Shown here: positions 23,686 to 37,120 of the stretch, one piece after another
How the letters are laid out: every line of letters starts with the position of its first letter
Position numbering within the stretch: the first letter of the stretch is position 1
NCBI RefSeq assembly: GCF_006345805.1
Contig: NC_043019.1
Location: 20,087,360-20,151,359 of the forward strand
DNA from: Octopus sinensis
Lineage: Eukaryota
DNA: 64,000 bases
Direction of reading: 5' to 3'
Notes under the pieces: generated by a model
The model's input: only the letters and a program-made list of their open reading frames with translations
Databases searched by the model: none
What the model was told of the DNA's origin: nothing
Translations under genes and position numbers: made by a program

Positions 23686-24682
23686 TTAACTCTTTCATTA
23701 CCAGCCCGGCTGAAACTGGCTCTGGCTCTATAGTACAAATGTCTTGTTTTCATAAATTTTGAATTAAAATCTTCCACCAAACCTTAGTCACAATTTATGT
23801 TCCTAACACCACCTTAACCCTTTCGTTACCAACCCAGCTGAAACCGGCTCTGGCTCTGTAGTACAAATGTCTTGTTTTCATAAATTTTGAATTAAAATCT
23901 TCCACCAAACCTTAGTCACAATTTATGTTCCTAACACCACCTTAACCCTTTCGTTACCAACCCAGCTGAAACCGGCTCTGGCTCTGTAGTACAAATGTCT
24001 TGTTTTCATAAATTTTGAATTAAAATCTTCCACCAAACCTTAGTCGCAATTTATGTTCCTAACACCACCTTAACCCTTTCGTTACCAACCCAGCTGAAAC
24101 CGGCTCTGGCTCTGTAGTACAAATGTCTTGTTTTCATAAATTTTGAATTAAAATCTTCCACCAAACCTTAGTCGCAATTTATGTTCCTAACACCACCTTA
24201 ACCCTTTCGTTACCAACCCAGCTGAAACTGGCTCTGGCTCTGTAGTACAAATGTCTTGTTTTCATAAGTTTTGAATTAAAATCTTCCACCAAACCTTAGT
24301 CACAATTTATGTTCCTAACACCACCTTAACCCTTTCGTTACCAACCCAGCTGAAACCGGCTCTGGCTCTGTAGTACAAATGTCTTGTTTTCATAAGTTTT
24401 GAATTAAAATCTTCCACCAAACCTTAGTCACAATTTATGTTCCTAACACCACCTTAACCCTTTCGTTACCAACCCAGCTGAAACCGGCTCTGGCTCTGTA
24501 GTACAAATGTCTTATTTTCATAAATTTTGAATAAAAATCTTCCACCAAACCTTAGTGACAATTTATGTTCCTAACACTAGCTTAATGATAACTAAGTTAT
24601 TTTACTAAATTCTTTGTTACGTCTAAAATAATTGAAAGAAACACAGAGCATCACAAAATAAATATGGTAATGAAAGGGTTAA
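23686..24682. mobile_element. piggyBac-like MITE whose left 128 bp is amplified 7 times
   Basis: TTAACYCTTTC...GAAAGGGTTAA termini. Unit starts at 23686, 23814, 23942, 24070, 24198, 24326 and 24454. Confidence 0.85.
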
Positions 24683-24775
24683 GGAATACACAAACACATC
24701 TGCACATTATGAAGAGTACAACAACACTGCCTAATATGATAGAGGGACTCTAAGACTTCTAGACAAGAAAAAGTG

Positions 24776-25318
24776 GTACAACAACACTGCTGGACTTAAA
24801 AAGGTACTCAAACACTGCTGGACAATATATAGGGTGTGCAGCAACTCTGCCGGACTTAAAAAGGTACTCAAACACTGCTGGACAATATATAGGGTGTGCA
24901 GCAACACTGCTGGACTTAAAAAGGTACTCAAACACTGCTGGACAATATGTAGGGTGTGCAGCAACACTGCTGGACTTAAAAAGGTACTCAAACACTGCTG
25001 GACAATATGTAGGGTGTGCAGCAACACTGCTGGACTTAAAAAGGTACTCAAACACTGCTGGACAATATGTAGGGTGTGCAGCAACACTGCTGGACTTTAA
25101 AATGTACTCAAACACTGCTGGACAATATGTAGGGTGTGCAGCAACACTGCTGGACTTAAAAATGTACTCAAACACTGCTGGACAATATATAGCGTGTGCA
25201 GCAACACTGCTGGACGTAAAAAGGTGCTCAAACACTGCTGGACAATATATAGGGTGTGCAGCAACACTGCTGGACAATATGTAGGATGTGCAGCAACACT
25301 GCTGGACATTCAAACACT
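24776..25318. repeat. 60-bp minisatellite, about 8.5 units
   Basis: gcaacactgctggacttaaaaaggtactcaaacactgctggacaatatrtagggtgtgca. Confidence 0.95.
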
Positions 25319-25496
25319 GCGACCAAATCTCCTTACATTGCTTTCATTTTATTATTTTAAAAAGAGAAAAACGTAGGGTTGGATCAGCAACTAGCATAAG
25401 AGGATCACGGCTAGAGCTGTTTATTTATTTATTTTCAATCCTAATTAATCTACTGGAATAGGACAGAACCCAACCAGCCAACAACGAAAACGTTAT

Positions 25497-25914
25497 GGAT
25501 CTTTTTTGGTTTGAACGGCAGTTTTTAACATAATTACTAAGTAACTAAACACTTTTAAACTTCGTATACTGGTAGAATGTGTTTATAAAACATCTTTTTC
25601 TCTTGGCTTTATTGAGAAAATTCTATGGTTTGTAAGATATTTGTTGTTGTTTTTTCTTCAATTTCTGCAATTTCAACCAATCACTGACGTCTATTGAGGT
25701 AAAAAAAAACATTCTGTGCCGTATGAATATGTCCCTCGTTTAAGAAACAGATTGGGTTTATTTACATTTGTGAAGAAAAAAAAAGATACCCCTAACCGTA
25801 ACCCTAACCCTAAAACAGATTGAAATGCAATAGATCGATACTAGGGTCATAATTATGGGTGACAATTTCATATGACACCGCTAGAAAAAACTGCCGTTCA
25901 AACCGAAAAGATCC
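25497..25914. mobile_element. Same Merlin-like MITE
   Basis: Same TIRs; TSD aacgttat/aaagttat. Confidence 0.85.
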
Positions 25915-25929
25915 AAAGTTATTTACAAT

Positions 25930-26350
25930 GTTTGTCCTTGTTTACGTGAACGGAACATGCTAATTAGAAGCAATTCTTACCCGCCTCTCCATCCCCACCC
26001 CCTCTGACCCCGGTTAAAGAGTGAGAGGTGAAAACTGAACTAATGTTGTCCAGAACAATCACCTGTTAGAAGTCTATTCCTTATCTCACCTCCGTGTCTG
26101 TGATTAAAAACAATCAATGAACCAAAACAAAACTAGTTTATTTCACGAAGTCCATAACGTGATTTCGTCGTTGTATGTCAGTCGGTGTGTTTATATATTT
26201 TAAATTTTAATTAACCTTAATAAATTACACCACTCGTGATTCGTAATTACGTATTCGCTCACTTTTATCACAAAGGTTAATCTTTTTTCCCCTTTTATTT
26301 TATTTTCTTTTAACCTTTTTTTTTATCGCTTTGTTCCTGTTATGTCATAG
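25930..26350 (-). promoter_or_regulatory. Candidate ABAT promoter / first non-coding exon region
   Basis: Repeat-free stretch with many CpGs. Minus-strand donors GAG|gtgaga (26089), CAG|gtgatt (26062) and CGG|gtaaga (about 25980). Confidence 0.3.
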
Positions 26351-26374
26351 TTCGGGGTTCTAATATTCTTTTCT

Positions 26375-27108
26375 ACTCTAGGCATAAGGCCCGAAATTTT
26401 TTTTTTTGGAGGAGGCCAGTCGATTAGATAGACCCCAGTACGCAACTAGTGCTTAATTTATCGACTCCAAAGGACGGAAGGCGAAGTCGACCTTGGCGGA
26501 ATTTGAACTCAGAACGTAGCAGCAGACGAAATACCTATTTCTTTACTACCCACAAGAGGCTAAACGCAGAGGGGACAAACAAGGACAGACAAACGGATTA
26601 AGTCGATTATATCAACCCCAGTGCGTAACTGGTACTTATTTAATCGATCCCGAAAGGATGAAAGGTAAAGTCGACCTCGGCGGAATTTGAACTCAGAACG
26701 TAACGGCTGACGAAATACTATTTCTTTACTACCCACAAGGGGTCAAACACAGAGAGGACAAACAAGGACAGACAAACGGATTAAGTCGATTATATCGACC
26801 CAGTGCGTAACTGGTACTTACTTAATCGACCCCGAAAGGATGAAAAGCAAAGTCGACCTCGGCAGAATTTGAACTCAAAACGTAACGGCAGACGAAATAC
26901 CTATTTCTTTACTACCCACAAGGGGTTAAACACAGAGGGGACAAACAAGGACAGACAAACGAATTAAGTCGATTATATCGACCCCAGTGCGTAACTGGTT
27001 CTTAATTTATCGACCCCGAAAGGATGAAAGGCAAAGTCGACCTCGGCGGAATTTAAACTCAGAACATAACGGCAGACGAAATACGGCTACGCATTTCGCC
27101 CGGCGTGC
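26375..27108 (-). mobile_element. SINE-C multimer (3 bodies plus a diverged fourth)
   Basis: Repeated gaaatacctatttctttactacc junctions. Confidence 0.9.
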
Positions 27109-27479
27109 GAAGGAAGGTTCTAATATTACTGTTAGTATTACTAGTCTACTGGGTTTTTTTTTTTTATTTAATTTTAATTTTTAATGCCTATCACATTTAA
27201 GATCCTTCTCCTCCTGTGATTTTTGATCTCGTCTCCATGAAATATCGGGCCGTCACCAATGACCGCCGCTTGACATTTTTTCGTCTGCTGGTGCAGGAGA
27301 AATTTACGCGTGCGTAAAACGGAGTTTAGTGTTTTTGGAAATCGGAAGGGAGACAAAAGACATTTTCTAAGAAATTCTTTTTCCAGTTTCGTAATCTGGA
27401 TCTTTTTCTGTTTTGCCAGCGACTCCAAAAAAATTAAAGTTTACCGAAAATTTTAAAATTTGGCACTATAATATTTGGG

Positions 27480-27956
<477 letters not shown>

Positions 27957-27974
27957 GAGAGAGTATAATATACT

Positions 27975-28085
27975 TGGGGTTTTTTCGGTTTGAACGGCAG
28001 ATTTTAAAAATAAGTTACTTGTAACTAAACACTTTTAAACTTCGTATACAGGTAGACTGTGTCAAATAAAACATCTTTTGGATCT
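27975..28085. mobile_element. Truncated copy of the Merlin-like MITE
   Basis: Left TIR and about 90 bp of adjacent sequence only. Confidence 0.65.
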
Positions 28086-28106
28086 TATGCGTGTGTGTTT
28101 GTATGT

Positions 28107-28138
<32 letters not shown>

Positions 28139-28647
28139 CTAGATATGTGTTTTGTATGCACGTGTGCTTGTCTATGTGTCTTAGAATGCATATACCTCTG
28201 TGTGTATATATATCTGTGTATGCGTGTGTATGATAATTAACTGGATTTCATATCTTTAGCACTTTAACGAATAAAAGCAACAGAAAATAAATGTCACGAC
28301 CACTGCCGACACTAGTGACAACAACAACAACAATAGTAACAGTAATAATAACAACAACATCAGTAACAATGATAATTTCCCAAACAAAAAATTTGTCACA
28401 TTAATTGTTTTTATTATTTTACAGAAAATGTGTTACTGGGTTACAACTATTTTAGAAGATACTATAACAGTAGTAACAACATTGGCTTCACCTCCCTCCC
28501 CCCTCTGCACGCACCTGCTGTAACCTCTGTACCCTCCACCTTCCCCTCCCCCACAAATCATTCTAGTGGTCCTGTTACTATCTACTCCATGTCCACCTAT
28601 CTTCCCTCCCTCCCTCCCTCCCTTCCTTCAAGCTCCTCCCACTCTTT

Positions 28648-29062
28648 GAGCTTGGCAGAATCGTTAGCACGCCGGGCGAAATGCGTAGCCGTATTTCGTC
28701 TGCCGTTACGTTCCGGGTTCAAATCCCGCCGAGGTCGACTTTGCCTTTCATCCTTTCGGGGTCGATAAATTAAGTACCAGTTACGCACTGGGGTTGATAT
28801 AATCAACTTAATCCGTTTGTCTGTCTGTCCTTGTTTGTCCCCTCTGTGTTTAGCCCCTTGTGGATAGTAAAGAAATAAGTATTTCGTCTGCCGTTACGTT
28901 CTGGGTTCAAATTCCGCCGAGGTCGACTTTGCCTTTCGTCCTTTCGGGGTCGATAAATTAAGTACCAGTTACACACTGGGGTCAATATAATCGACTTAAT
29001 CCGTTTGTCTGTCCGTGCCTGTCCCCTCTGTGTTTGGCCCCTTGTGGAGAGTAAAGAAATAT
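28648..29062 (+). mobile_element. SINE-C dimer
   Basis: Junction aaataagtatttcgtctgcc. Confidence 0.9.
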
Positions 29063-29064
29063 AT

Positions 29065-29720
29065 TTACCTAACCCTGCACCACCAACACCCACAACCACT
29101 CAACCCCCCCCCCCCCGGCAGCACACCACCACCACCAGTACCAACGACCACAACAACAACATCATCACCATGACCCTGTCACTGCCACCCTGAATACCTG
29201 TATCACCATTATTACTCCCACCACCAAAACATGAACACCCCCCCCCGGCCACTACCACTACAACCACCACCACCCCTTTGTAACATTACTCTCCCTCCCA
29301 CTCTCTCATTTCATTTGACCATTCCAGTAACAATACTACTCCTCCCCCACACACATAACCCCTCCACCCAACCATAACCGCCACCACCACTACCACCACC
29401 AGCACTGTCACCAATTTTGCACTAACTGTTCTCTTCCTCCTACTTGTATTTCCGTCACAACATTACCACAATCACCCCACACACACCCTCCAACCCCTTG
29501 GCAACCAGTGCCAACTTCCTTCACCACCTGCACCCTCACCATATCCACCGCCGCACCACCGCCATCACCTTGACTGTTATCATCAGCATCACCATCATTA
29601 TCAACACCATCACGTCACTATCTGTACCTTCACACATGTACACACACACAATCAGTCACAAACACACAAACATACACACATGCGCACACACACACACACA
29701 AACCAGCCATTTCATTATCA
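29065..29720. repeat. Degenerate (CAC)n/(CA)n tract
   Basis: Direct reading. Confidence 0.85.
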
Positions 29721-29832
29721 CAAGTGGTTCAGAAGTATTTAGTTACAAACAAATGTTACAGAAGGAGCGGGGAGGGAAAGATGGGGGAAGAGAAGCAGGA
29801 AGAATATGAGTGAAGATCTCATGGCTAAATTG

Positions 29833-29870
<38 letters not shown>

Positions 29871-29938
29871 ACACACACACACACATTCAAACATAAATTA
29901 GAAGCAGCTCAAGGGATATAGACAATATTGAACATAGT

Positions 29939-30123
29939 CGCAGGAGTGGCTGTGTGGTAAGTAGCTTGCTTACCAACCACAAGGTCCCGGGGGTTCAGTC
30001 CCACTGTGTGGCACCTTGGGCAAGTGTCTTCTACTATAGCTTCGGGCCGACCAAAGCCTTGTGAGTGGACTTGGTAGATGGAAACTGAAAGAAGCCCGTC
30101 GTATATATATGTGTGTGTGTGCA

Positions 30124-30155
<32 letters not shown>

Positions 30156-30358
30156 TGTGTGTTTGTGTGTCTGTGTTTGTGCCCCCAACATCGCTTGACA
30201 ATCGATGCTGGTGTGTTTACGTCCTCGTAACTTAGCGGTTCAGCAAAAGAGACCGAAAGAATAAGTACTAGGCTTACAAAGAATAAGTTCTGGGGGGGAT
30301 TTGTTTGACTAAGGCAGTGCTCCAGCATGGCTGCAGTCAAATGACTGAAACAAATTAA
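29939..30358 (+). mobile_element. SINE-B full length
   Basis: As above. Confidence 0.9.
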
Positions 30359-30499
30359 AAGAATATTCAAGAATATTACACTGCTATATTAAGAGGCTAT
30401 TTAAGCAATTTATTGGTGGATGGCTTGGATGGGTTGGACAGGTGCTGATGAAGGAGCAGGAACTCCTGAAATATGGCCTATACACCCATTACCCATTTT

Positions 30500-30963
30500 T
30501 TATCTTCAATCACGTGCCGTGCCAGTGGCACATAAAAGGACACCATTCGAGTGTGATCGTTACCAGCATTGCCTTACTGGCACTTGTGCCCATGCTAGTA
30601 GGGTACTAAGAGCACCATACGAGCATGATCGTTGCCAGAGCGGCTAACTGGCTTCCATGCCAGTGGCACGTAAAAGGGCACCATTTGAGCATGATCGTTA
30701 CCAACGTCACCTTACTGGCACCTGTGCCGGTGGCATGCGTAAAAAGATTCAAGCGAGGTCATTGCCAGTACCACCTGACTGGCCCCTGTGCTGCTGACAC
30801 GTAAAAAGCACCCACGACACTCTCGGAGTGGTTGGCGTTAGGAAGGGCATCCAGCTGTAGAAACTCTGCCAGATCAAGATTGGGGCCCGGTGCAGCCATC
30901 TGGTTCGCCAGCCCTCAGTCAAAATCGTCCAACCCATGCTAGCATGGAAAGTGGACGTTAAAC

Positions 30964-30998
<35 letters not shown>
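30500..30998 (+). mobile_element. Family D copy (second subfamily)
   Basis: gagc.tgatcgttacc subrepeats plus the D tail. Confidence 0.85.
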
Positions 30999-30999
<1 letters not shown>

Positions 31000-31583
31000 G
31001 TTTTCTCACTGAAGAGGTGGGAGAATTTCCCTAACTTTGTGGTGGGAGGGTGAGGTGGCAGATATGTGTCAACCGGAGAAGAGCAAAGCTGTGACCCATT
31101 GCCCTGTTTTGTCTCTCTGTTTCTGCTTTCCTCTGTCTGTCTCTCTATCTCTGTTTTCCTATCAGTCCATCTATCTCTGTCTCTGTCTTCCCTTCTCTCA
31201 ATCTGTCTGTCTCTCTATCTCTCAATCTGTCTGTCTCTCTATCTCTCTATCTCTTCTCACTTCACTTCCTGTAACACGACAAGTTTGACTCAATGAACGT
31301 TGGAGGGGTGGGGACAAAAGGTGAATGTATAAGTGTTGACATTGGTTGTGATGTGGTGGTGGTAGTGGTGGTAGTGGTGGTCACGCTGGTTGTGGTAGTA
31401 GTTCTTATCGTATTTAGTGCTGGTGACATGGTGTTACTTGGAATGTGCCATAATTAAACAAGAAGCAGATTAAAGATAATGGTAAACCAGTAACACATTT
31501 CATAGAATAAAGTGATTGTGACATGGTAGGTGTGAGTTTGTTTGTTTGTGTGTGTGTGTGTGTGTGTTGTGTGTGTGTGTGTG

Positions 31584-31622
<39 letters not shown>

Positions 31623-31944
31623 TGTGTGTGTGAGACAGAGAGATAGCTTATGTGTTTGTGATGTGGTTTATGAATGTGATATGGTGTCTGTGCACAAGAT
31701 AAGGCTTGTGATATGGTTCATGTGTATGATATATAGTGTATGTGTGTATGGGTATGTGTGTGTGTAGGACATGTGGTGGAGGCTGTGTTGATATCTGGTC
31801 TGTGCATAGTGTTAATGAGTAAAACACACACACATGTACATAAACACATACATACATAAAGGTATACATATATGTGTACACACAAGCATACACATACATA
31901 AAGATATATGTACCAAGCTAGTAAAATAGCAGCCAAATCTCCCT

Positions 31945-33175
31945 CAAACCATAATCTACCATCTTAAAAATAGGGGTTTGTGATTTGTTAGCCTTCCTAC
32001 TTACTAGGATTTCGATTTTTGCTAGGTTGACTCTAAAGCCCTTTGATTCTAGACCTTGCTTCCACACCTGAAGCTTCATCTCTAGGTCTGGTAGTGACTC
32101 AGCTATTAGAGCAAGGTCATCAGCATAGAGGAGCTCCCAGGGGTAGCCTGTCTTGAATCCTTCTCTTATTGCCTGCAGGACAATGATGAACAAGAGGAGG
32201 CTGAGGACTGATCCTTGGTGTACTCCTACTTCTACCCAGAATTCTTCACTATACTCATTGCCCACTCTCACCTTACTGACAGCATCCCTGTACATGGCTT
32301 GTACAGCTCTTACCAACCACTTGTCTATCCCTAGTTTCTGCATTGACCACCAGATAAGGGATCGGGTGACCCTGTCAAAGGCTTTCTCCAAGTCAGCAAA
32401 AGTCAAGTATTTACGTTTATCTTTGGCTAGGTATTTCTTTTCTAGTTCCAGTAGTGATTCTGCTATGACGACCAGGTCATCAGCATAGAGGAGCTCCCAG
32501 AGGCAACCCATCTTGAATTCCTCAGTTATTGCCTGGAGCACTATGATGAATAAAAAGGGACTGAGGGCTAAACCTTGGTGGACCCCTACTTCTACCCGGA
32601 ATTCTTCACTATACTCATTGCCAATCCTAACCTTACTAACGGCCTCTCTGTAAAGGGCCTGTACAGCCCTTATTAACCATTCTTCAATCTCCAGTTTCCG
32701 CATCGCCCACCAGATAAGGGATCGGGGGACCCTGTCAAAGGCTTTCTCCAAGTCAGCAAAAGTCAAGTACAGAGGTTTATCTTTGGCTAGGTATTTCTCC
32801 TGCAGTTGCCTTGCCAGAAATATAGCATCCGTGGTGCTTCTATCTGGCACAAAACCAAACTGCATCTCATCTAGGCTAACTCTCTCTGTAACTTTCATCA
32901 CCTGATCCAGCAATTTGATACCTCTGTAGTTATTTCTATCTAAAGCATCACCTTTACCTTTGTAGCAGTTGACTATCGTGCTGCCACACCAGTGATTGGA
33001 CATGACTCCTTCATGAACTATCTGATTTGTGATATGGATGACTAGACCATAACCCACACTGCCAGATATTTAAAGCATCCCAGCGGTGATTCCTGATGGG
33101 CCAGGGGCTTTCCTGGTCTTCATATCCTTAATTGCCTTATCTATCAGGGTACTGTCGATTCAAGTAGCTAGTCTT
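31945..33175 (-). mobile_element. RTE LINE RT fragment with an in-frame 360-bp duplication
   Basis: 379-aa ORF with two FADLEKAFDRV...GVHQG...YADDL blocks exactly 360 bp apart (32424 and 32784). Confidence 0.95.
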
Positions 33176-33346
33176 TGCATAAAGACACACATAGACACAC
33201 ACACCCATGGTATTGTGGATGGACGGACATACATTCCCAGTTAAAGATAAGGAAATAACATTACATAAAGTCATAAAAAGATCTCTAAGGCGACTGTATT
33301 ATCTTTTTATATGTATCTCTCTATATATATACATATATATTATATA

Positions 33347-33519
33347 TATCTGTAAAATAATATGTGACAATTATTCGGTAGCCAAGATAAAACTCTGAGT
33401 TTCAGATGCCGAGGTGGAAATCCACACCACCATCTCTTCGGTTATTCGGATAACCAAAGAGATGGTGGTGTGGATTTCCACCTCGGCATCCGAAACTCAG
33501 AGTTATTATTTTACAGATA
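33347..33519. repeat. Foldback hairpin, ~55-bp inner arms and a 4-nt loop
   Basis: aactctgagtttc.gatgccgaggtggaaatccacaccaccatctc inverted. Confidence 0.9.
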
Positions 33520-33584
33520 AATTTCCTCTGTATACATAATATTGAGGTCTCTTTCTTTCTTTTGTTATCTTACCATTTTTACCA

Positions 33585-33625
<41 letters not shown>

Positions 33626-33939
33626 TGAGAGAGACATATGTACATACCCCCCCACACACACACACACTGTATCTGTACTCTAGCATGGCCTCGTCCTCTG
33701 GCAGAAAACAATAAAACAATATGTACACTGTCTGAATAACTGAGATTGTCCCCTTTGGAACACCTTTGATCCCATATCTATGCAATCAGGGCCAACCAGG
33801 TCTAAAAAACAAGATATATTGAGACAATAATAGAGCCTCTATGTGGTCTTTCTATTTGCTAGATATTACAGCCAGATAAAAAGCACCATCCAAACATGCA
33901 CCCCAGTATTTTAAGTCTTTTTGTGGTTAAGAATCTCAC

Positions 33940-34255
33940 TTTGCAGGTTCAATTTCACTGCACAGCACCTTGGGCAAATTTCTTCTACAATAGCTTAGTG
34001 AATTTGGTAGATGAAAACTGTGTGGAAGCCTACCATTTGTGTTTGTCCCTCCCCATCTCCACCATTGTTTGACAACCAGTGTTGCTATGGTCCCATCCTT
34101 GTAACTTAGCAGTTTGATAAGAAAGACTAATAGAATAAGAACTAGATCTAAAAAATAAATACTGAGGTCAATTTGTTTGAGTAAACCCTTCAGGGCAGTG
34201 CCCCAGCATGGCCTCTGTCTGATGACTGAAACAAGTAAAAGATAAAAAGGTAAAA
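33940..34255 (+). mobile_element. Old diverged SINE-B
   Basis: Recognisable CORE-like and tail motifs. Confidence 0.7.
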
Positions 34256-34274
34256 GGTAATTGCTTCAAAATTG

Positions 34275-34542
34275 AAGGCAGCGAGCTGGCAGAATCATTA
34301 GCAGGCCGGGCGAAATGCTTAGCAGTATTTCGTCTGCCGTTACGTTCTGAGTTCAAATTCCACCCAGGTCGACTTTGCCTTTCATCCTTTCGGGGTCGAT
34401 AAATTAAGCACCAGTTATGCACTGGGGTCAATAAATTAAGTACCAGTTATGCACTGGGGTCGATGTAATCGACTTAATCCGTTTGTCTGTCCTTGTTTGT
34501 CCTCTCTGTGTTTAGCCCCTTGTAGGTAGTAAAGAAATAGGT
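34275..34542 (+). mobile_element. SINE-C monomer with a 12-bp TSD
   Basis: attgcttcaaaa on both sides; internal ~30-bp duplication. Confidence 0.88.
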
Positions 34543-34879
34543 GATTGCTTCAAAAGGAGAAGAAACAGCATTGTTGACCCTTTTTAAGAGCCCCAGAGGC
34601 TGGATACCCTTAGTCTGAAGAAAGCAGAAGTCATTTTTGGAAATGGAAAGGGGTGGGAGGCACATAAAGGGTACAGTGTTCTCTTACTTTCAGCTCCAGT
34701 GTGGGGCTGGGGGTATTTATAGCATCTATCTTCCATCCTTCTTTTCTAACCTTAGTCTCCAGGATTTCAGTGTACCCAGTGTCCATCAGTCGTTAGGGTG
34801 GTCATGGTTGGAAGCTTTTTAATAACAACTGTGTTTGATCATTGCTGATTTGGATGTAAACAGCAGCAGCAGCAACAGA

Positions 34880-35268
34880 GGAGGTGTAATGGCCCAGTGG
34901 TTAGGGCAGCAGACTCGCGGTCGGAGGATCGCAGTTTCGATTCCCAGACAGGGCATTGTGTGTATTTATTGAGCGAAAACACCTAAAGGTCCACGAAGCT
35001 CCGGCAGGGGGTGGTGGCGACCCCTGTTGTACTCTTTCGCTCAAACTTTCTCTCACTCTTTCTTCCTGTTTCTTTGTCGCCAACTTCCTACGCAACCGCT
35101 GAGCCTGGATGCACATTCATCCATCCGTCGATGCTCTCGGTGTCGGGGGTTGACCTGCTTTCTCTTCTGCGGGTCTTACGAATAGCAAAGGACCACGTTT
35201 CAGACTTCTCCCACAACTGGGGCGAAGACCGCTTCGCTTAACAAACAAACAAACAAACAAACAAACAA
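34880..35268 (+). mobile_element. SINE-A, tail type 2
   Basis: A and B boxes, (AAAC)n tail. Confidence 0.9.
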
Positions 35269-35817
35269 CAGCAGCAAATACCACCCCTCTATCAACATCC
35301 CACCTACCTACCCACTTTATATCTCATTCTCATATTTCAGCCGCCACATGGTGGCTAACCTCCTCCTCCTCCACCTCTGATTTCACACCAACCTAAACTT
35401 GTTCACTTCATTTTCCATCTCAGATATTCACCAGCACGAACCAAAAGACAGACAGATAAACAAACAAAGAAGGATAAACAAGTCAACAAGTGAGTCCAAA
35501 ATAGACTCTTCCCTTGCCTGCTAGAAATAACAACCAAATGTCTCTTTATAATACGCAGAATCATTTTGAATGTTAGACAAACTACCTTGCTGTGTTTATT
35601 TACAAGTTTTTGCATTCTGACTTTAGCAAGTCAAAATTTATATTTCATACATACACCTCACTGGATTGATTAACCAATTTGATACTAACCCATTCACAAG
35701 GTTTTGGTCAATCAGAGGGCTAGTAACAAATGCTTTGTCCAAGTTGTCATGTCCAGAAACCACGTAGTTGGGGGAAGCCATACATTACACATACAATGTG
35801 CAATATGGATTATTCTT

Positions 35818-36232
35818 TAAGGCGGCGAGCTAGCAGAAATGTTAGCACGCCAGGCAAAATGCTTAGCAATATTTCCTCTGCCGCTATGTTCTGAGTTCAA
35901 ATTCTGCCGAGGTCGACTTTGCCTTTCATCCTTTCGGGTCGATTAAATTAGTACCAGTAATGCACTGGGCTCGATATAATCGACTTAATCCGTTTGTCCG
36001 TTCTTGTTTGTCCTCTCTGTGTTTATCCCCTTGTGGGTAGTAAAGAAATAGGCATTTCATTTGTTTTTATATTCTGAGTTCAAATTCCACTGAGGTTGAC
36101 TTTGCCTTTCTTCCTTTCGGGGTCGATAAATTAAGTACCAGTTGCACACTGGGGTTGATGTAATCGACTTAATCCGTTTGTCTGTCCTTCTTTGTCCCTT
36201 CTGTGTTTAGCTCCTTGTGAGTAGTAAAGAAA
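35818..36232 (+). mobile_element. SINE-C dimer
   Basis: Junction aaataggcatttcatt. Confidence 0.88.
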
Positions 36233-36565
36233 ATGTGTATTCTCCACAAACATAAAACACATTTGGAGAATTAATACAACATTTTCTTGAAGAGGATATC
36301 TTGCTCATTTTCTATTGCTTAATTCACAACAGCATTTTAAAATATGGAAAAAGAAAAAAACTTAGATTCAGAATAAGGTAACGAACACTGTGTACTGGAC
36401 ATACACACATGCACAGTGACAATAGGGATGTTCAATAACTTAAAAATCAGATCTGATAGGTCAAAAAGAAGGTTATATTTGGATTCAGGAGACCGATTTC
36501 GTATAGGAATGGTGTCTATTTCCTAAACACCAAAAAGCTTGTAGACCAGTGTTATCAATCCACTC

Positions 36566-36574
<9 letters not shown>

Positions 36575-36598
<24 letters not shown>

Positions 36599-37120
36599 CA
36601 TTGTGTACAGTGCTCAGGTGCACCACAACTCATCTAAAGTGTATATATAATCAGGTGTAGTTTCGGCGGATTTCGGAAAGCATGAGGGCCTTAAAGGATG
36701 CAGTGTCATGGCAGTCAACAACTGATGCAGGCAGTTTATTCCATGCTTCAGCAACTCTGAACGTGAAAAAATGTTTCCGAAAGTCATGGGAGCTGTGTTG
36801 CTTTCTGACTTTGTAGGCATGTCCACGTGTGTTAGACACATGGAGATCAAAAAGGTGTTCAGTGTTGTTGTTGGTGAGGTGGTTGATAACTTTGTGGGTG
36901 TTTACCAAGTCCGTCGCCAGACGCCGGAGCTTCAGTGAATCCATGCCCAGGGAAACAAGGCGCTCAGAATATGGTAGGTGTCTGATGGAGGGTATGCGTT
37001 TAGTTGCACGTCTCTGGACAGATTCCAGGAGGTCAATGTTCTGAGCAAGATAGGGGTTCCAAACTGATGATGCGAATTCCAAGTGTGGTCGTACCATAGC
37101 TGTATACAGTTTTAAATAAA
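36575..37120 (-). mobile_element. CR1-clade LINE 3' end
   Basis: VRPHLEFASSVWNP..ESVQRRATK..YSERL..L.RRL..DL...TRGH...RKHFF..RV..AWNKLP, with a (TTA)n tail. Confidence 0.93.

Noticed and set aside
23686-25318. Regular arrays resembling CRISPR or coding repeats
   Set aside because: No unique spacers and no cas genes; eukaryotic context; explained by a MITE and a minisatellite.
27174-27428. 84-aa ORF in CpG-rich unique sequence
   Set aside because: Non-ATG start, no splice signals, no recognisable motif.
35424-35489. 66-bp plus-strand segment with an acceptor and a gtgagt donor
   Set aside because: Low-complexity (AAAC/AGAC) content and no partner exons or recognisable peptide.
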